A DNA stretch of 64,000 nucleotides, taken from an uncultured Lachnospiraceae bacterium. Lineage in GTDB: Bacteria > Bacillota > Clostridia > Christensenellales > UBA1242. A program made the position numbers and the translations under genes. The stretch lies in contig CAYSOX010000002.1 of the NCBI GenBank assembly GCA_964432825.1, positions 16,188 to 80,187 on the forward strand. Reading direction: 5' to 3'. Shown here piece by piece: positions 37,623 to 47,682 of this stretch (position 1 is the first letter of the stretch; each line of letters begins with the position of its first letter). The notes under the pieces are model-generated. The model searched no databases. It saw only the letters and a list, made by a program, of their open reading frames with translations, and was not told where the DNA came from.

Positions 37623-38948
37623 ATGAGTAATAAGTTGAATGCTGGAGACAATCTTTTGTCTCCAGTGGAAAAACTTAATAGCGAAGGAAATGTAAAACCA
37701 ATAGATGAGTATTCGTCTGTTGATTTTACCTTTTCTAAAATTGAAAATAACGAAAGGGTTGATAAAAATATTCAAGATTCAGCCAAAAATCACTCTGGAG
37801 ATATTGGGGAAGAAAAACAAGCATTAAAAATAGAAAAAAACGCGAAATATAATGAGTATAAAGGTGAAAACGATTACAATTATATAGATTCTTTTGCAGA
37901 CGAAGATGTGAATGGCGAGTGTGAAACCGGAAATTATAACCAGCAAACGGAGTCGCAAGGTGGTGAAGCCAATAATATTTTAACTGCCGAAGATTATAAC
38001 ATTGACCCCGAATTTAATGTTTATCATGGCAATCAAATGAATTTTGGAGATGACCGACCGCAGATTGACGGAGAATCGGAATATAGTTGGGATAATTTTG
38101 AAAATCCATTAATTAATGAAAAAACGATTTTTTTTGGCGAACCTAAAACAAAACCAACTAGTTGGTGGCTGGTGTTTACCATAGTATTTGGGATATACTT
38201 CATTACTAGTTTATTTACCTTTAATGTGATGTTAATACCTTTTAAGGTTGAAGGGGCAAGTATGGAGCCAACCATAAATAATAATACCGATACTTATTAT
38301 GATGTGGTGTATTTGCAACGGTCGACTAGTTTTTTTAAAAGTGATATTGTAGTAATTGACGCTAAAAATTATGGCGAACCCGGAAAGTCTTATATAAAAA
38401 GGGTTGTTGCGACGGCTGGAGATCGTGTTCAGTTTGTTAAATATAGCACTAAAGAATATTGGGTTCCAATCAGTCGGGGTTCGCAAGCCGGGTTAGAAAA
38501 TGGTATAGCCTATGGCGAATATATGTTAAAAATTAATGGCGAATTACAAATTGAAGATTACATTACATCTAGTGCCAATTCAATTATAAGTCAGGCATCA
38601 AAGTCATATAATGGCAACATTTATGAACGGGATAAGCAAAAGGATGAAGGTATCCACGACCATGTTGTTGATTTGCAAAATTTAGAAAGTGTGCCCGGTG
38701 TAATGATTTTATACACGCAATCTTCGGAGGCATTTTATAACCGATATGTCGTCGGTGGGGAAGAATTTGTGGTTCCCGAAGGAAGTGTATTTGTGTTAGG
38801 TGATAATCGTACAATCAGTAATGACAGTAAATTTTTTGGGGCGGTAAAAATTGAGGATGTTATTGGTAAAGTGCGAATTCATAAAACTTATGATAGTGGT
38901 TTAGTTCAAGCGATTATTTTTTCAATAAAAAAAGGATATTTATTTTAA
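37623..38948 (+). CDS. lepB: Signal peptidase I with a roughly 180-aa acidic, Asn-rich N-terminal extension
   Basis: S26 motifs GASMEPTI (catalytic Ser), YIKRVVATAGDRV (catalytic Lys) and VLGDNRTISNDSKFFG. Confidence 0.8.
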   Translation: MSNKLNAGDNLLSPVEKLNSEGNVKPIDEYSSVDFTFSKIENNERVDKNIQDSAKNHSGDIGEEKQALKIEKNAKYNEYKGENDYNYIDSFADEDVNGECETGNYNQQTESQGGEANNILTAEDYNIDPEFNVYHGNQMNFGDDRPQIDGESEYSWDNFENPLINEKTIFFGEPKTKPTSWWLVFTIVFGIYFITSLFTFNVMLIPFKVEGASMEPTINNNTDTYYDVVYLQRSTSFFKSDIVVIDAKNYGEPGKSYIKRVVATAGDRVQFVKYSTKEYWVPISRGSQAGLENGIAYGEYMLKINGELQIEDYITSSANSIISQASKSYNGNIYERDKQKDEGIHDHVVDLQNLESVPGVMILYTQSSEAFYNRYVVGGEEFVVPEGSVFVLGDNRTISNDSKFFGAVKIEDVIGKVRIHKTYDSGLVQAIIFSIKKGYLF

Positions 38949-38960
38949 GGAGAACAAATT

Positions 38961-39824
38961 ATGAAGATAAAAATAACAACCGATTCAACAGCAGATGTTA
39001 ACAAGGAGTTTTTTGACAAGTGGGATATTGGATATTTGCCAGAAATTGTAAATATGGGCGGTGAAGAATATTACGACACCATAAACATCAAAAATGACGA
39101 TATCTATAAATACATTAAGGAAACTAAAAAGTTGCCAAAGTCGGCAGCACGAAGTGTGGAAGATTTTAAAGAATTTTTTAATGGCTTTTTAGACAATGGA
39201 TACGATGCGGTAATATTTGTATCCATTTCAACACATTTATCTTGTATATATAAAAATGCACTAACTGCAAGCGAGGAGATTGGTAAAAATAAAGTATTTG
39301 TAGTTGATGGAAGAGCATTGTCTTCGGGGACTATGCTTCTTGCAATGAGTGCTAAGGAACTTGCGGACGCGGGTCGTTCAGCAAAAGAAATTGCGGAAAT
39401 TATTACACATCGAGCATTCACCGGGCAAACTTCTTTTGTTGTGGATACTTTGGATAACCTTTATAAGGGTGGAAGATGTTCTATGCTTGCAATGTTTGGG
39501 GCAAATCTTTTAAAACTAAAGCCAAAACTACAACTTGTAGACGGAAAAATTGTTCCTCAAGAAAAATATCGTGGCAAATCTTCGGTAGTTTTAAAGAAAT
39601 ATATCGATGACACGCTTGCGTTGTATAACAACCCAGACAAAAAAAGATGTTTTTTAACTCATAGTGATTTAGAACCTGAAGTGTTAAATGAAATTGTTGA
39701 ATATGTTAAATCAAAAAACATTTTTGAGGAAATTTATGCTTCAACGGCAAATTGTGTGGTTTGCACTCATTGTGGAAAGGGAACTTTGGGTATACTTTAT
39801 ATTAACGATGGGGGAAATTTCTAA
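38961..39824 (+). CDS. DegV-family fatty-acid-binding protein
   Basis: N-terminal KITTDSTADV and an overall length of 287 aa, typical of DegV. Confidence 0.85.
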   Translation: MKIKITTDSTADVNKEFFDKWDIGYLPEIVNMGGEEYYDTINIKNDDIYKYIKETKKLPKSAARSVEDFKEFFNGFLDNGYDAVIFVSISTHLSCIYKNALTASEEIGKNKVFVVDGRALSSGTMLLAMSAKELADAGRSAKEIAEIITHRAFTGQTSFVVDTLDNLYKGGRCSMLAMFGANLLKLKPKLQLVDGKIVPQEKYRGKSSVVLKKYIDDTLALYNNPDKKRCFLTHSDLEPEVLNEIVEYVKSKNIFEEIYASTANCVVCTHCGKGTLGILYINDGGNF

Positions 39825-40405
39825 TGAAAAAGTTTATAAAGGGCATTTTTGCGGGTCTTTGTGCTTTATGTTTTTCGATAGCGCTTGTGGGCTGTGGGGA
39901 GAAAAACCAAAAGCCAATAGACAATAGTTGTTATTTTGAAGAAGAAGTTCAATATACAGTCTATCCTAAAACAAGTGTTACCACGGGTAGTTTAGCCAAT
40001 TTGTTGGCAGAAGATGTTTCTATGGCATACACAAACATCACATTAAAGGGTAAGAAAAAGTGGCTTGCTTACATGACGGTAGAGCGAGTTGTTTACACTT
40101 TTGTTGCAAATAAAGATTGCGCACTTGATTTAACCTTTACAATTATGCATATAGATGGCGAGGGTGAGAACTTTAAGTTTGATAGTAAAAACGATAAATA
40201 TTATTATACCGACAAAGGAACATTGGAATTATATAAAGATACTCCGTTTTCAATAGAGTTTTATGTTGGCGGTTCAATGCAGGATAAAAAGGATATCACC
40301 TTTAGTTTAGATATTGATAAAACTATTTACATTGAAGAAGAAAGTGTTGACCCTAAAATGAGTATAAGATTACAAAAAATTGAAGTTTATGGCGAGCATA
40401 AATAA
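39824..40405 (+). CDS. Lipoprotein of unknown function
   Basis: A signal peptide ending in the lipobox LVGC (IALVGCGEK). Confidence 0.7.
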   Translation: MKKFIKGIFAGLCALCFSIALVGCGEKNQKPIDNSCYFEEEVQYTVYPKTSVTTGSLANLLAEDVSMAYTNITLKGKKKWLAYMTVERVVYTFVANKDCALDLTFTIMHIDGEGENFKFDSKNDKYYYTDKGTLELYKDTPFSIEFYVGGSMQDKKDITFSLDIDKTIYIEEESVDPKMSIRLQKIEVYGEHK

Positions 40406-40600
40406 TTAAGGCAAAACCCAGAATGGTTTGTGGATTAATTGCAAAAACAGTGTCTTTAAAATTAAGAAATATAAATAAAAGAATAACATTGTTTTAACTA
40501 TAAAGCATTTTAATCAACAAAAGAAGATTTAAATTATAATTACTATTTAGACTCATTATCATTAGAAAGGTAAATACATTTCAAATATTTACCTTGTTTG

Positions 40601-40636
40601 AAAAATTGTTGTGGAGAAGCAACAATTTTTTCTTTA
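40601..40636 (+). terminator. Intrinsic terminator downstream of the degV-lipoprotein genes
   Basis: An 11-bp stem, AAAAATTGTTG with CAACAATTTTT, then a T-run. A second hairpin (AAGGTAAATA/TATTTACCTT) lies at 40567-40595. Confidence 0.6.
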
Positions 40637-41124
40637 TTGATAAAAAACACGGGTTTTTGAAGTACCCCCTGTAGAGGCTGTGTTATGATTGGGGTTGTTT
40701 TTTAAATTAAAAAAATCCGCCAGTAGAGTAAATTTGCTCGGTTGGTGGATTTTTTATTGATAAAAAATTAGCGTGCTTTAATTTTTAAAATTTTAGTTAT
40801 TTTAAGTTGTTAATAATTATTCAAATATGCGTTAAAACTAAGCATTTTAATATAGAAATTAAGCAGTTTAAATATGTTTTTGAAGTTATTAAGCATTGTA
40901 ATATAAAATTTAGTTGGGATATGTTTTTTTAACTTCAAGCACAATAGTTTAAAATTTATGTTTTTTATATGTAAATTAAAAAATAAATATTGGAACAAAT
41001 GAATTGAAAATTTTTAAGGTCGGTGTAAAAATATATTCTAAGAAGTTGGGTTTTCCAAAGTGGGTGTTTTAAAAGGTGGGTTCTAAAAGAATGTGTTTAA
41101 TTAACCTTTTTCTGTTTTTGGATT

Positions 41125-41676
41125 TTAATTTGCATCACTTGGTGGGTTTTCGCTTTTTGGGGATTCTAGGTTTTCTTGTGTTTCAACTGTTTTGTTGGTG
41201 CTATCAGGATTTTCGTCGGTGTCAAGCAATTCTTCTTCGATAAAAGTGTTGGGCGAAGATTCTTCATCTTTTTTGTTTTGGGTTGAACTTGTGGAAGTGC
41301 TTTCGGTGGTGTTTTTATCTGTGTTTTGTGAGGTTTCATTTTTGCTAATTTTTGTGTTAATATCATAGGCGGATGCGCTTGCAAGTTTAACCAAAACCAA
41401 AACAAACCCTGCAAGTGGGATAAAAATAAAAAATAGGTATTTTCCAGAGGTGTCGGCATCGTGCAGTCTTCGAACACTCATTGAAATTATTGGAAATAGT
41501 GATACAAGTGAATACAAAAGGGTGGGAATCATCATCCAAATTGTTATAAGGCAACTTATCCACAAACAAAGGTTGATGATTGCGCTTAAAAGAATTGCCA
41601 TCCAAAAATCTTTTCGTCTTTCTAGTGAGTAAAAATTAAAGGTGTATTTCCACATAGTTTTATATGCTTTAAACAT
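41125..41676 (-). CDS. DUF805-family membrane protein with a low-complexity T/S/E/N-rich tail
   Basis: YSLERRKDFW...MSVRRLHDADTSGKY matches the DUF805 pattern. Confidence 0.75.
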   Translation of the reverse strand: MFKAYKTMWKYTFNFYSLERRKDFWMAILLSAIINLCLWISCLITIWMMIPTLLYSLVSLFPIISMSVRRLHDADTSGKYLFFIFIPLAGFVLVLVKLASASAYDINTKISKNETSQNTDKNTTESTSTSSTQNKKDEESSPNTFIEEELLDTDENPDSTNKTVETQENLESPKSENPPSDAN

Positions 41677-41766
41677 TTTTGCCTCCTAAATTGCAATTAT
41701 TGATTAATAGTTAATTAATTATAGCATAATAATGGTGTACTTTCAAGTTAAATTAGGTGGGGTTAT

Positions 41767-43578
41767 ATGAAAAAACTTTTACAAAATTGGAAAAAATTAT
41801 GCACCGTAGAGGGTAATGTGTTGGCGGTTAGCATTTTAACTCAAGTGGTTATAATAATCTGCTCAATCGTGGAACCGGTTGCACTCTCCTCCTTTATAGA
41901 ATGTGCAACTATTCATTCGACGGCACTTGCGGTTATTTGGCTTTTTATTAACTTAGGACTGGTTATTATTGAACATATTTCGTGGCATATAAATTATTCA
42001 AATTACACCAAATTAATTTCGCCAACATATATAAATTTGCAGTCTAGAATAACTAAAGCCACCTTGGTTGCATCAAAAGATATGATTGACAACACAAAAT
42101 TAAATTATTGCATAAACAGTGATATTTTTGGAATTGCGACATTTTTGGATAGTTTAATATTAAGGCTTGCAAGTTTTGTTAAGTTTTTGGTGATTTTGAT
42201 AATCATTTTCGTTTATAGTTACACGGTTGGTGTTATGCTTGTTGTGATGAGTGCTGTAGGATTTTCCTTACTTATGATGTACAACAAGTTAAAAAGAAGA
42301 AGTGGGATTGTGCTTAGAGAAAATGAGATAAGTGCGGACAAAAAGACACACGAAATTATAGAAATGGGCGAAGTGGTAAAAAAGTATAACTTGGAGAATC
42401 CTATGCTTTTAGAGCAAGAACGCCGACTTGTGGGTTATGTGAATAGTTACAACAATCTTTACACAAAAAAATCAATAAAGGATAATTTTATCCAAATTTA
42501 TTGGTACACTATGCTTTCGGTGATATTTTTGGTGTGCTATTTTGAGTTTAATGCTTTGGCTATGAGTTTGGCGGTGTTTTTAATTTTGATAGATTATTCT
42601 TCAACCTTTGTAAAGTTGACCGAAAATGCCTTTGATTTTACAATTGAAATTACAGATTTAGAAGAAAAGGTGAGCCGAACTTATGAAATTTTGGAATTTG
42701 AAAAAAATTCGCAAAAGAATGAAAATTTTCAAGATACGGAAAATTCACTTGTTTCAGACTTTGATGGGAACAAAACGAGTGGGAATATTGAAAGTGTTTC
42801 ACAAAATTTTGCAAAAAACGGAAAAAAATCCCCTCAAAGTATACAAAATAGCCATAATGAAGAAATATTGAAAGATAAAAAAACAAAAAGATTAAAAAGT
42901 TTTAGTGAAGAGCGGGCTGATTGTTTAAGTTTTGAGGTGGCGAGCGAAAGTGCCAATAATTTGCAAAATAAAAATACATTACAAAATATTGACTCGGATG
43001 AAAAGAATAAATTGTTAACTATAGAGAGTCAAAAAACCTTTTATCTTGCAGGGACGGGCTGTAAAAAAATGAAACTTATGCCCGCTAATGTATATATTTT
43101 TCAGTCGGATAAATCGCGTATGATTTTTTGCGAGGCGGGTGAAAATAATCCTAAAATTGAGTATGGTGACATTGAATATTCTTCAATTTACAAAATACCC
43201 GAACTGCTTTTGGTTAAAAACCAAAATGAGATGTTTGCCGATAGTATTATCGAAAATTTGCAAATTGTTAAAAACGATGTTGAATTAATAACTGCAATAA
43301 CAGAAAGTTTGGGAATTGATGAAATGTTAAATTGTTTAGACGACGGCGATCGCAAAAGAGCAGATAAAATAAAAGATGAAAAAGTTATAATTTTATTAAA
43401 TATTGTTCGTGCCATTTTATCCGATGCCGAAATTGTTTATTTTAAAATGGATGCTGAAGTGTTTGATTTTGGTAAAAATATAATAAAAACCTTTTGTAAA
43501 TTTGGTAAAAACAAAATAGTCTTGGTGTATGACCCCGCAAAAATGTTGAGTGGCAAAAGGGGAATATTTGTCGAATAA
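41767..43578 (+). CDS. ABC-exporter-like protein: type-I exporter transmembrane domain plus a degenerate C-terminal domain lacking Walker A
   Basis: The N-terminal 300 aa look like an ABC_membrane domain. In the C-terminal half I find no GxxGxGK(S/T), only a Walker-B-like remnant (RAILSDAEIVYFKMD). Confidence 0.55.
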   Translation: MKKLLQNWKKLCTVEGNVLAVSILTQVVIIICSIVEPVALSSFIECATIHSTALAVIWLFINLGLVIIEHISWHINYSNYTKLISPTYINLQSRITKATLVASKDMIDNTKLNYCINSDIFGIATFLDSLILRLASFVKFLVILIIIFVYSYTVGVMLVVMSAVGFSLLMMYNKLKRRSGIVLRENEISADKKTHEIIEMGEVVKKYNLENPMLLEQERRLVGYVNSYNNLYTKKSIKDNFIQIYWYTMLSVIFLVCYFEFNALAMSLAVFLILIDYSSTFVKLTENAFDFTIEITDLEEKVSRTYEILEFEKNSQKNENFQDTENSLVSDFDGNKTSGNIESVSQNFAKNGKKSPQSIQNSHNEEILKDKKTKRLKSFSEERADCLSFEVASESANNLQNKNTLQNIDSDEKNKLLTIESQKTFYLAGTGCKKMKLMPANVYIFQSDKSRMIFCEAGENNPKIEYGDIEYSSIYKIPELLLVKNQNEMFADSIIENLQIVKNDVELITAITESLGIDEMLNCLDDGDRKRADKIKDEKVIILLNIVRAILSDAEIVYFKMDAEVFDFGKNIIKTFCKFGKNKIVLVYDPAKMLSGKRGIFVE

Positions 43579-43641
43579 TGTATATTATTTAGTGAAAAAC
43601 ACAAAATATTATTGCCAAAGAAAACTTTTAGGAGGTAAAAT

Positions 43642-44274
43642 ATGGCAACAAAAAAGTGTTCAACTAAAAATTGTAAGGCAAGCACAAAAAAACAAACCAA
43701 AGCCAAAGCCGTAAAAAATTGTTCGGCAAAAACAAGTGGCGGACGCGGAGTGTCTAAAACAAAAGGGTGTTCAGCGGAGCATTCCGCACGAGTTACAAAA
43801 AGTTGTTCGGCGCGTGCGTATTCTACAAAGTCCACAACAGGTTGTGGCGCAACTCAGAAAAATGGGAAAATATCTAGCAAAACTTGTTGCAAACAGTTGT
43901 CCTCAACGGGCACACGGGGGAGTGGAGCAAAGTCTTGCGGGGGTGGAAATTGTAATAAAAGCACCAAAACTTCTGCAAACTTAAAAAGTTCTAGCAGAGA
44001 AAAATCTTGCGGATGCGGTTGCGGTTCGGGAAAAAAATCTTGCAAAAAGTCAACCGAAAATAGGTTAAACACAAAATCCAAACCTGCGCAAAAGGAATCC
44101 CTTAAAGTTTCCAGTTCAGTCTCGGCAAAACTTGGTAACCGGAACCGAACAGCGGGAACTTCAACCAACCAAACAAAATCTAAAAAATGCAATTGCACTT
44201 CTAGTTCAAGACTCTCTGGGGGAAAGAGTTTAAAAACTCCAAAGTCTAGATTATATGACGCTTCAATGAAATAA
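43642..44274 (+). CDS. Lys/Ser/Cys-rich low-complexity basic protein
   Basis: Strong RBS TAGGAGGT. Of 210 aa, I count about 39 Lys and 16 Cys. The K-x-C motif recurs (KKCS, KNCK, KNCS, KGCS, KSCS, KSCG, KSCK, KKCN), plus CGCGCG. There are almost no hydrophobic or aromatic residues. Confidence 0.6.
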   Translation: MATKKCSTKNCKASTKKQTKAKAVKNCSAKTSGGRGVSKTKGCSAEHSARVTKSCSARAYSTKSTTGCGATQKNGKISSKTCCKQLSSTGTRGSGAKSCGGGNCNKSTKTSANLKSSSREKSCGCGCGSGKKSCKKSTENRLNTKSKPAQKESLKVSSSVSAKLGNRNRTAGTSTNQTKSKKCNCTSSSRLSGGKSLKTPKSRLYDASMK

Positions 44275-44600
44275 ATTTAGATGTTTCAAATTTGATTATA
44301 TCAGCCAACACTCAATGCAAAATGCTTAAATTTATGCGTAAAAGTTAATATGTGGTTTGTATAAAAATTTGTGAATTTAATTGTTCAAAACTTTATTTAA
44401 TCAAATTTTCAAAATTTAATGATAAGTTTTTAAGGAAATTTTTTAAAAAGCAGTGATATTAAACTTTTAACAAAGTATATATTTGATGATAACTATCATT
44501 ATTTTAATTTGTTAAAAGTTGATAAAACGGCATCAAATTTGGTTAAAATAAATACTATAGTTGATGGTTTCTGGTATAAACTTTGTGGGGTTTTACCACT

Positions 44601-44635
44601 AAAAAAAATCTTTCGCTTATGCGGAAGATTTTTTA
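44601..44635. terminator. Bidirectional intrinsic terminator
   Basis: A8, then the stem AATCTTTCGC/GCGGAAGATT (10 bp, one G-U pair) with loop TTAT, then T5. Confidence 0.65.
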
Positions 44636-45046
44636 AGTGTGAAATAGGTTTACATTGTTTGCCTCGGTAAATAAAATTTTAGCAATATTTATAATTTGAA
44701 AATATTGCACTATTAAAACAAAAGTTTTGCCTTTTAATATATGCCACTTTAGGCGGTTTAAATATGTCTTGGGCGGTGTCTGTGCTTTAGGTCGGGGGTT
44801 TTGTCAAAAGGGGGAGACTGAACCTCAATCTTTTGCAAAATGAGGCAATTTAAAGATTTAAAAATTTTGACATAATTAAAAATTAAGTGGTAATATGAAG
44901 ATTTAAAAATTTTAAACATAAATACAAATTAAAAAAATAAATATATTTCATAAAAAAGTTAAAGGGCTTATGGAAATTGAAAGAGAGTTTGAGTTTTTAA
45001 CAAATATATAATGATAGAGTTAATTAATTTATTGATTGGTAACCAA

Positions 45047-45075
45047 TTGACTTTTAAAGTTTTTATAAGTATAAT
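45047..45075 (+). promoter_or_regulatory. Candidate promoter of ychF
   Basis: TTGACT (45047-45052), a 17-nt spacer, then TATAAT (45070-45075). The palindrome ATTGGTAACCAAT abuts the -35 element. Confidence 0.6.
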
Positions 45076-45105
45076 TAAAATATATTATTTTTAAAGAGGT
45101 TTTTT

Positions 45106-46203
45106 ATGGAATTAGGACTAGTAGGCCTACCAAATGTAGGAAAAAGTACATTGTTTAATGCCCTTACAAATGCAGGGGCGGAAAGTGCAAATTATCCATT
45201 TTGCACAATTGAGCCAAATATTGGGATTGTGGATGTTCCGGATTCTAGGCTGGAAGTTTTAGGAAAGATGTATAACACTCAAAAAATCACACCGGCAAGC
45301 CTAAAATTTGTTGATATCGCAGGGCTGGTTAAGGGGGCAAGCAAGGGCGAGGGGCTTGGCAATCAATTTTTGGCGTCCATTCGTGAGTGTGATGCTATTG
45401 TTCAAGTCGTTCGTTGCTTTGTGGATGACAACATTATACATGTGGATGGTTCAATAAATCCAATCCGCGATATTGAGGTTATAAACACCGAGTTGTTGCT
45501 TTCCGACCTTGAAAGTTTAACAAAACAACGCGTAAGGTATGAAAAGGGTGCGAGAGCCGGCGATAAAGAATGTGCAAGCCAATTAAAGATTGTGGATAAC
45601 ATTATTGCAACTCTAAATGATGGAAAACTTGCAAAAACTATAAATTTTACCGAAGATGAAAAGGTTTTTGTTAAGGGTTTATTTTTGATTACCGACAAAC
45701 CGGTGATTTATGCGTGCAACATTGCAGAATCCGACCTTAAAAAACCTGAAAATGAACTAGAATATGTAAATATGGTAAAAGAATATGCAAAAAAAGAGGG
45801 TAGTGAAGTTTTGGTAATTTCTGCAAAGGTTGAGCAAGAACTTACCGAACTTGACCCCGGCGACCGACTTATGTTTTTGGAAGATTTAGGGCTTACCGAA
45901 AGTGGATTAAACCGAATAATAAAACTAGGTTACAAACTTTTAGGGCAAATTTCATATTTAACCGCGGGCGAGAAAGAAGTTCGTGCGTGGACAATTATCG
46001 ATGGAACCAAAGCCCCAGGTGCTGCGGGAAAAATCCACTCAGACTTTGAAAAGGGCTTCATAAAAGCCGAAGTTGTAAGTTATGAAGACCTTGTAAAATA
46101 TGGCGGAATGCAAGGTGCTAAAGAAAACGGAAAGGTAAGAATTGAAGGCAAGGATTATATTGTAAAAGATGGCGATGTAATGTTGTTTAGGTTTAATGTT
46201 TAA
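45106..46203 (+). CDS. ychF: Ribosome-binding ATPase YchF
   Basis: GLVGLPNVGKSTLFNALT. 365 aa. TGS-like C-terminus (DGDVMLFRFNV). Confidence 0.95.
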   Translation: MELGLVGLPNVGKSTLFNALTNAGAESANYPFCTIEPNIGIVDVPDSRLEVLGKMYNTQKITPASLKFVDIAGLVKGASKGEGLGNQFLASIRECDAIVQVVRCFVDDNIIHVDGSINPIRDIEVINTELLLSDLESLTKQRVRYEKGARAGDKECASQLKIVDNIIATLNDGKLAKTINFTEDEKVFVKGLFLITDKPVIYACNIAESDLKKPENELEYVNMVKEYAKKEGSEVLVISAKVEQELTELDPGDRLMFLEDLGLTESGLNRIIKLGYKLLGQISYLTAGEKEVRAWTIIDGTKAPGAAGKIHSDFEKGFIKAEVVSYEDLVKYGGMQGAKENGKVRIEGKDYIVKDGDVMLFRFNV

Positions 46204-46355
46204 AATCTGCTTGTGAAAAATTTTACTTTTATTAATTTTTTGTAAAAAGATTGTTTGTTAACTAAAATGAAACTTATAAAAATTGGTTGTTTTTAGTATT
46301 TAAATATAAAAGAATGCAATTTTTGGGTAAAAAAATAAAATTTTAAAGGAGTGTT

Positions 46356-47072
46356 ATGAGAAGATTTTTTGTGTCTGAAGAGGACCTAAAAAGTGGAATT
46401 ATTCAAGGCGATGAGTTTAACCACCTAAAGAATGTACTTCGCATGCGAGAAGGTGAGGAAATTATTGCAATAACGGGTGACGAGTATGATTATAGGTGTA
46501 AAATTTTAAGTTTTTCAAAGAATTCAGCCCAAATAGAACTTTTAGAAAAGACCTTAAATAAAGCAAATCCCAACATTAAAATTTCGCTTGTTCAAGCACT
46601 TTGCAAGGCGGACAAATTGGAACTTATCACTCAAAAAATCAGTGAAATTGGTGCAAGCGAGATTCAGCCGGTATATTTCAAAAATTCCGACGTGAAGCAA
46701 AATACTGGGAAAATTGCAAGGCTTGAAAAGATTGCCATATCTGCCACCAAGCAATGCAAAAGGAGTACCATTTTAAAAATAAATGAGTGCATTACAATAA
46801 AGGAGTTGCCCGAATATTTAAAACAATTTGATGTAAGTTTGATTTGCAACACAAGAGAGGATAATTTAACCATTCATCAAATTTTGAATGATTTTAAAAA
46901 GGTAAAGTCGGTGGCGGTGATTGTGGGTCCTGAGGGTGGTTTTGATGAAGCCGAAGTCCAAAAGTTAACCCAGTGTGGGGCGGTTAGTGTTAGCCTTGGC
47001 AAAAGGATTTTAAGAACCGAAACAGCGGGAATCTATGTTCTTAGCATACTTTCAGATTTTTTGCAGGTGTAA
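46356..47072 (+). CDS. rsmE: 16S rRNA (uracil1498-N3)-methyltransferase RsmE
   Basis: N-terminal MRRFFV and the C-terminal IVGPEGGF..E motif. Confidence 0.85.
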   Translation: MRRFFVSEEDLKSGIIQGDEFNHLKNVLRMREGEEIIAITGDEYDYRCKILSFSKNSAQIELLEKTLNKANPNIKISLVQALCKADKLELITQKISEIGASEIQPVYFKNSDVKQNTGKIARLEKIAISATKQCKRSTILKINECITIKELPEYLKQFDVSLICNTREDNLTIHQILNDFKKVKSVAVIVGPEGGFDEAEVQKLTQCGAVSVSLGKRILRTETAGIYVLSILSDFLQV

Positions 47073-47310
47073 AAAGGCTAAAATGCAATGGTTTAATAGT
47101 AAAATTATTAAAGTTATTAAGTTAAAAAAAATATATATAATTTTGCTTTATAAAAACATAAAAATTGGGTTTGGTGAGGCTTTTTAAGATTTAAAAACTT
47201 TTTGCAATTAGTCGGATAAAAATATAACAATATTTTTTAACCCCTAAAACAATTGACTAAAAACAGTTAATTAAATTATTAACAAAAAACAAAAGTTAAG
47301 GAGAGGTTTT

Positions 47311-47682
47311 ATGGAAAAAGTTAAAGTGACTTATGCGGATATGGTGGAGTATATTGAAAAAGTGGTTGAGGACTTAAATGCCAAAAATATTAAGCCTACT
47401 GGGGTTTATGGGCTTCCACGCGGAGGGCTTATGTTTGCTATTATGCTTTCATACCGAATGGATATCCCCTTGCTTTTAAATGCGTCCAAAGGCTGTGTTA
47501 TTATTGACGATATTGCCGATAGCGGAAGAACTTTGGTGCACTTTACCGAAAACGACACACAATTTAATAAGTATTACATTACCACAATGTATTATCATGA
47601 AAGAAGTATGGTAAAACCCGATTTCTATTTGCATTTAAAAAAGGGTAGATGGATAGAATTTCCGTATGAATATGGAAATTAA
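47311..47682 (+). CDS. Small phosphoribosyltransferase-domain protein (Gpt-like)
   Basis: PRPP-binding loop VIIDDIADSGRTL and the C-terminal WIEFPYE. Confidence 0.7.
   Translation: MEKVKVTYADMVEYIEKVVEDLNAKNIKPTGVYGLPRGGLMFAIMLSYRMDIPLLLNASKGCVIIDDIADSGRTLVHFTENDTQFNKYYITTMYYHERSMVKPDFYLHLKKGRWIEFPYEYGN

Noticed and set aside
43437-44198. Antisense and alternate-frame ORFs (43437..43835 minus, 43736..43984 plus, 43854..44198 minus) around the Lys/Ser/Cys-rich gene.
   Set aside because: Low-complexity, GC-enriched sequence keeps several frames open. Only the 43642 frame has a strong RBS and an ATG.
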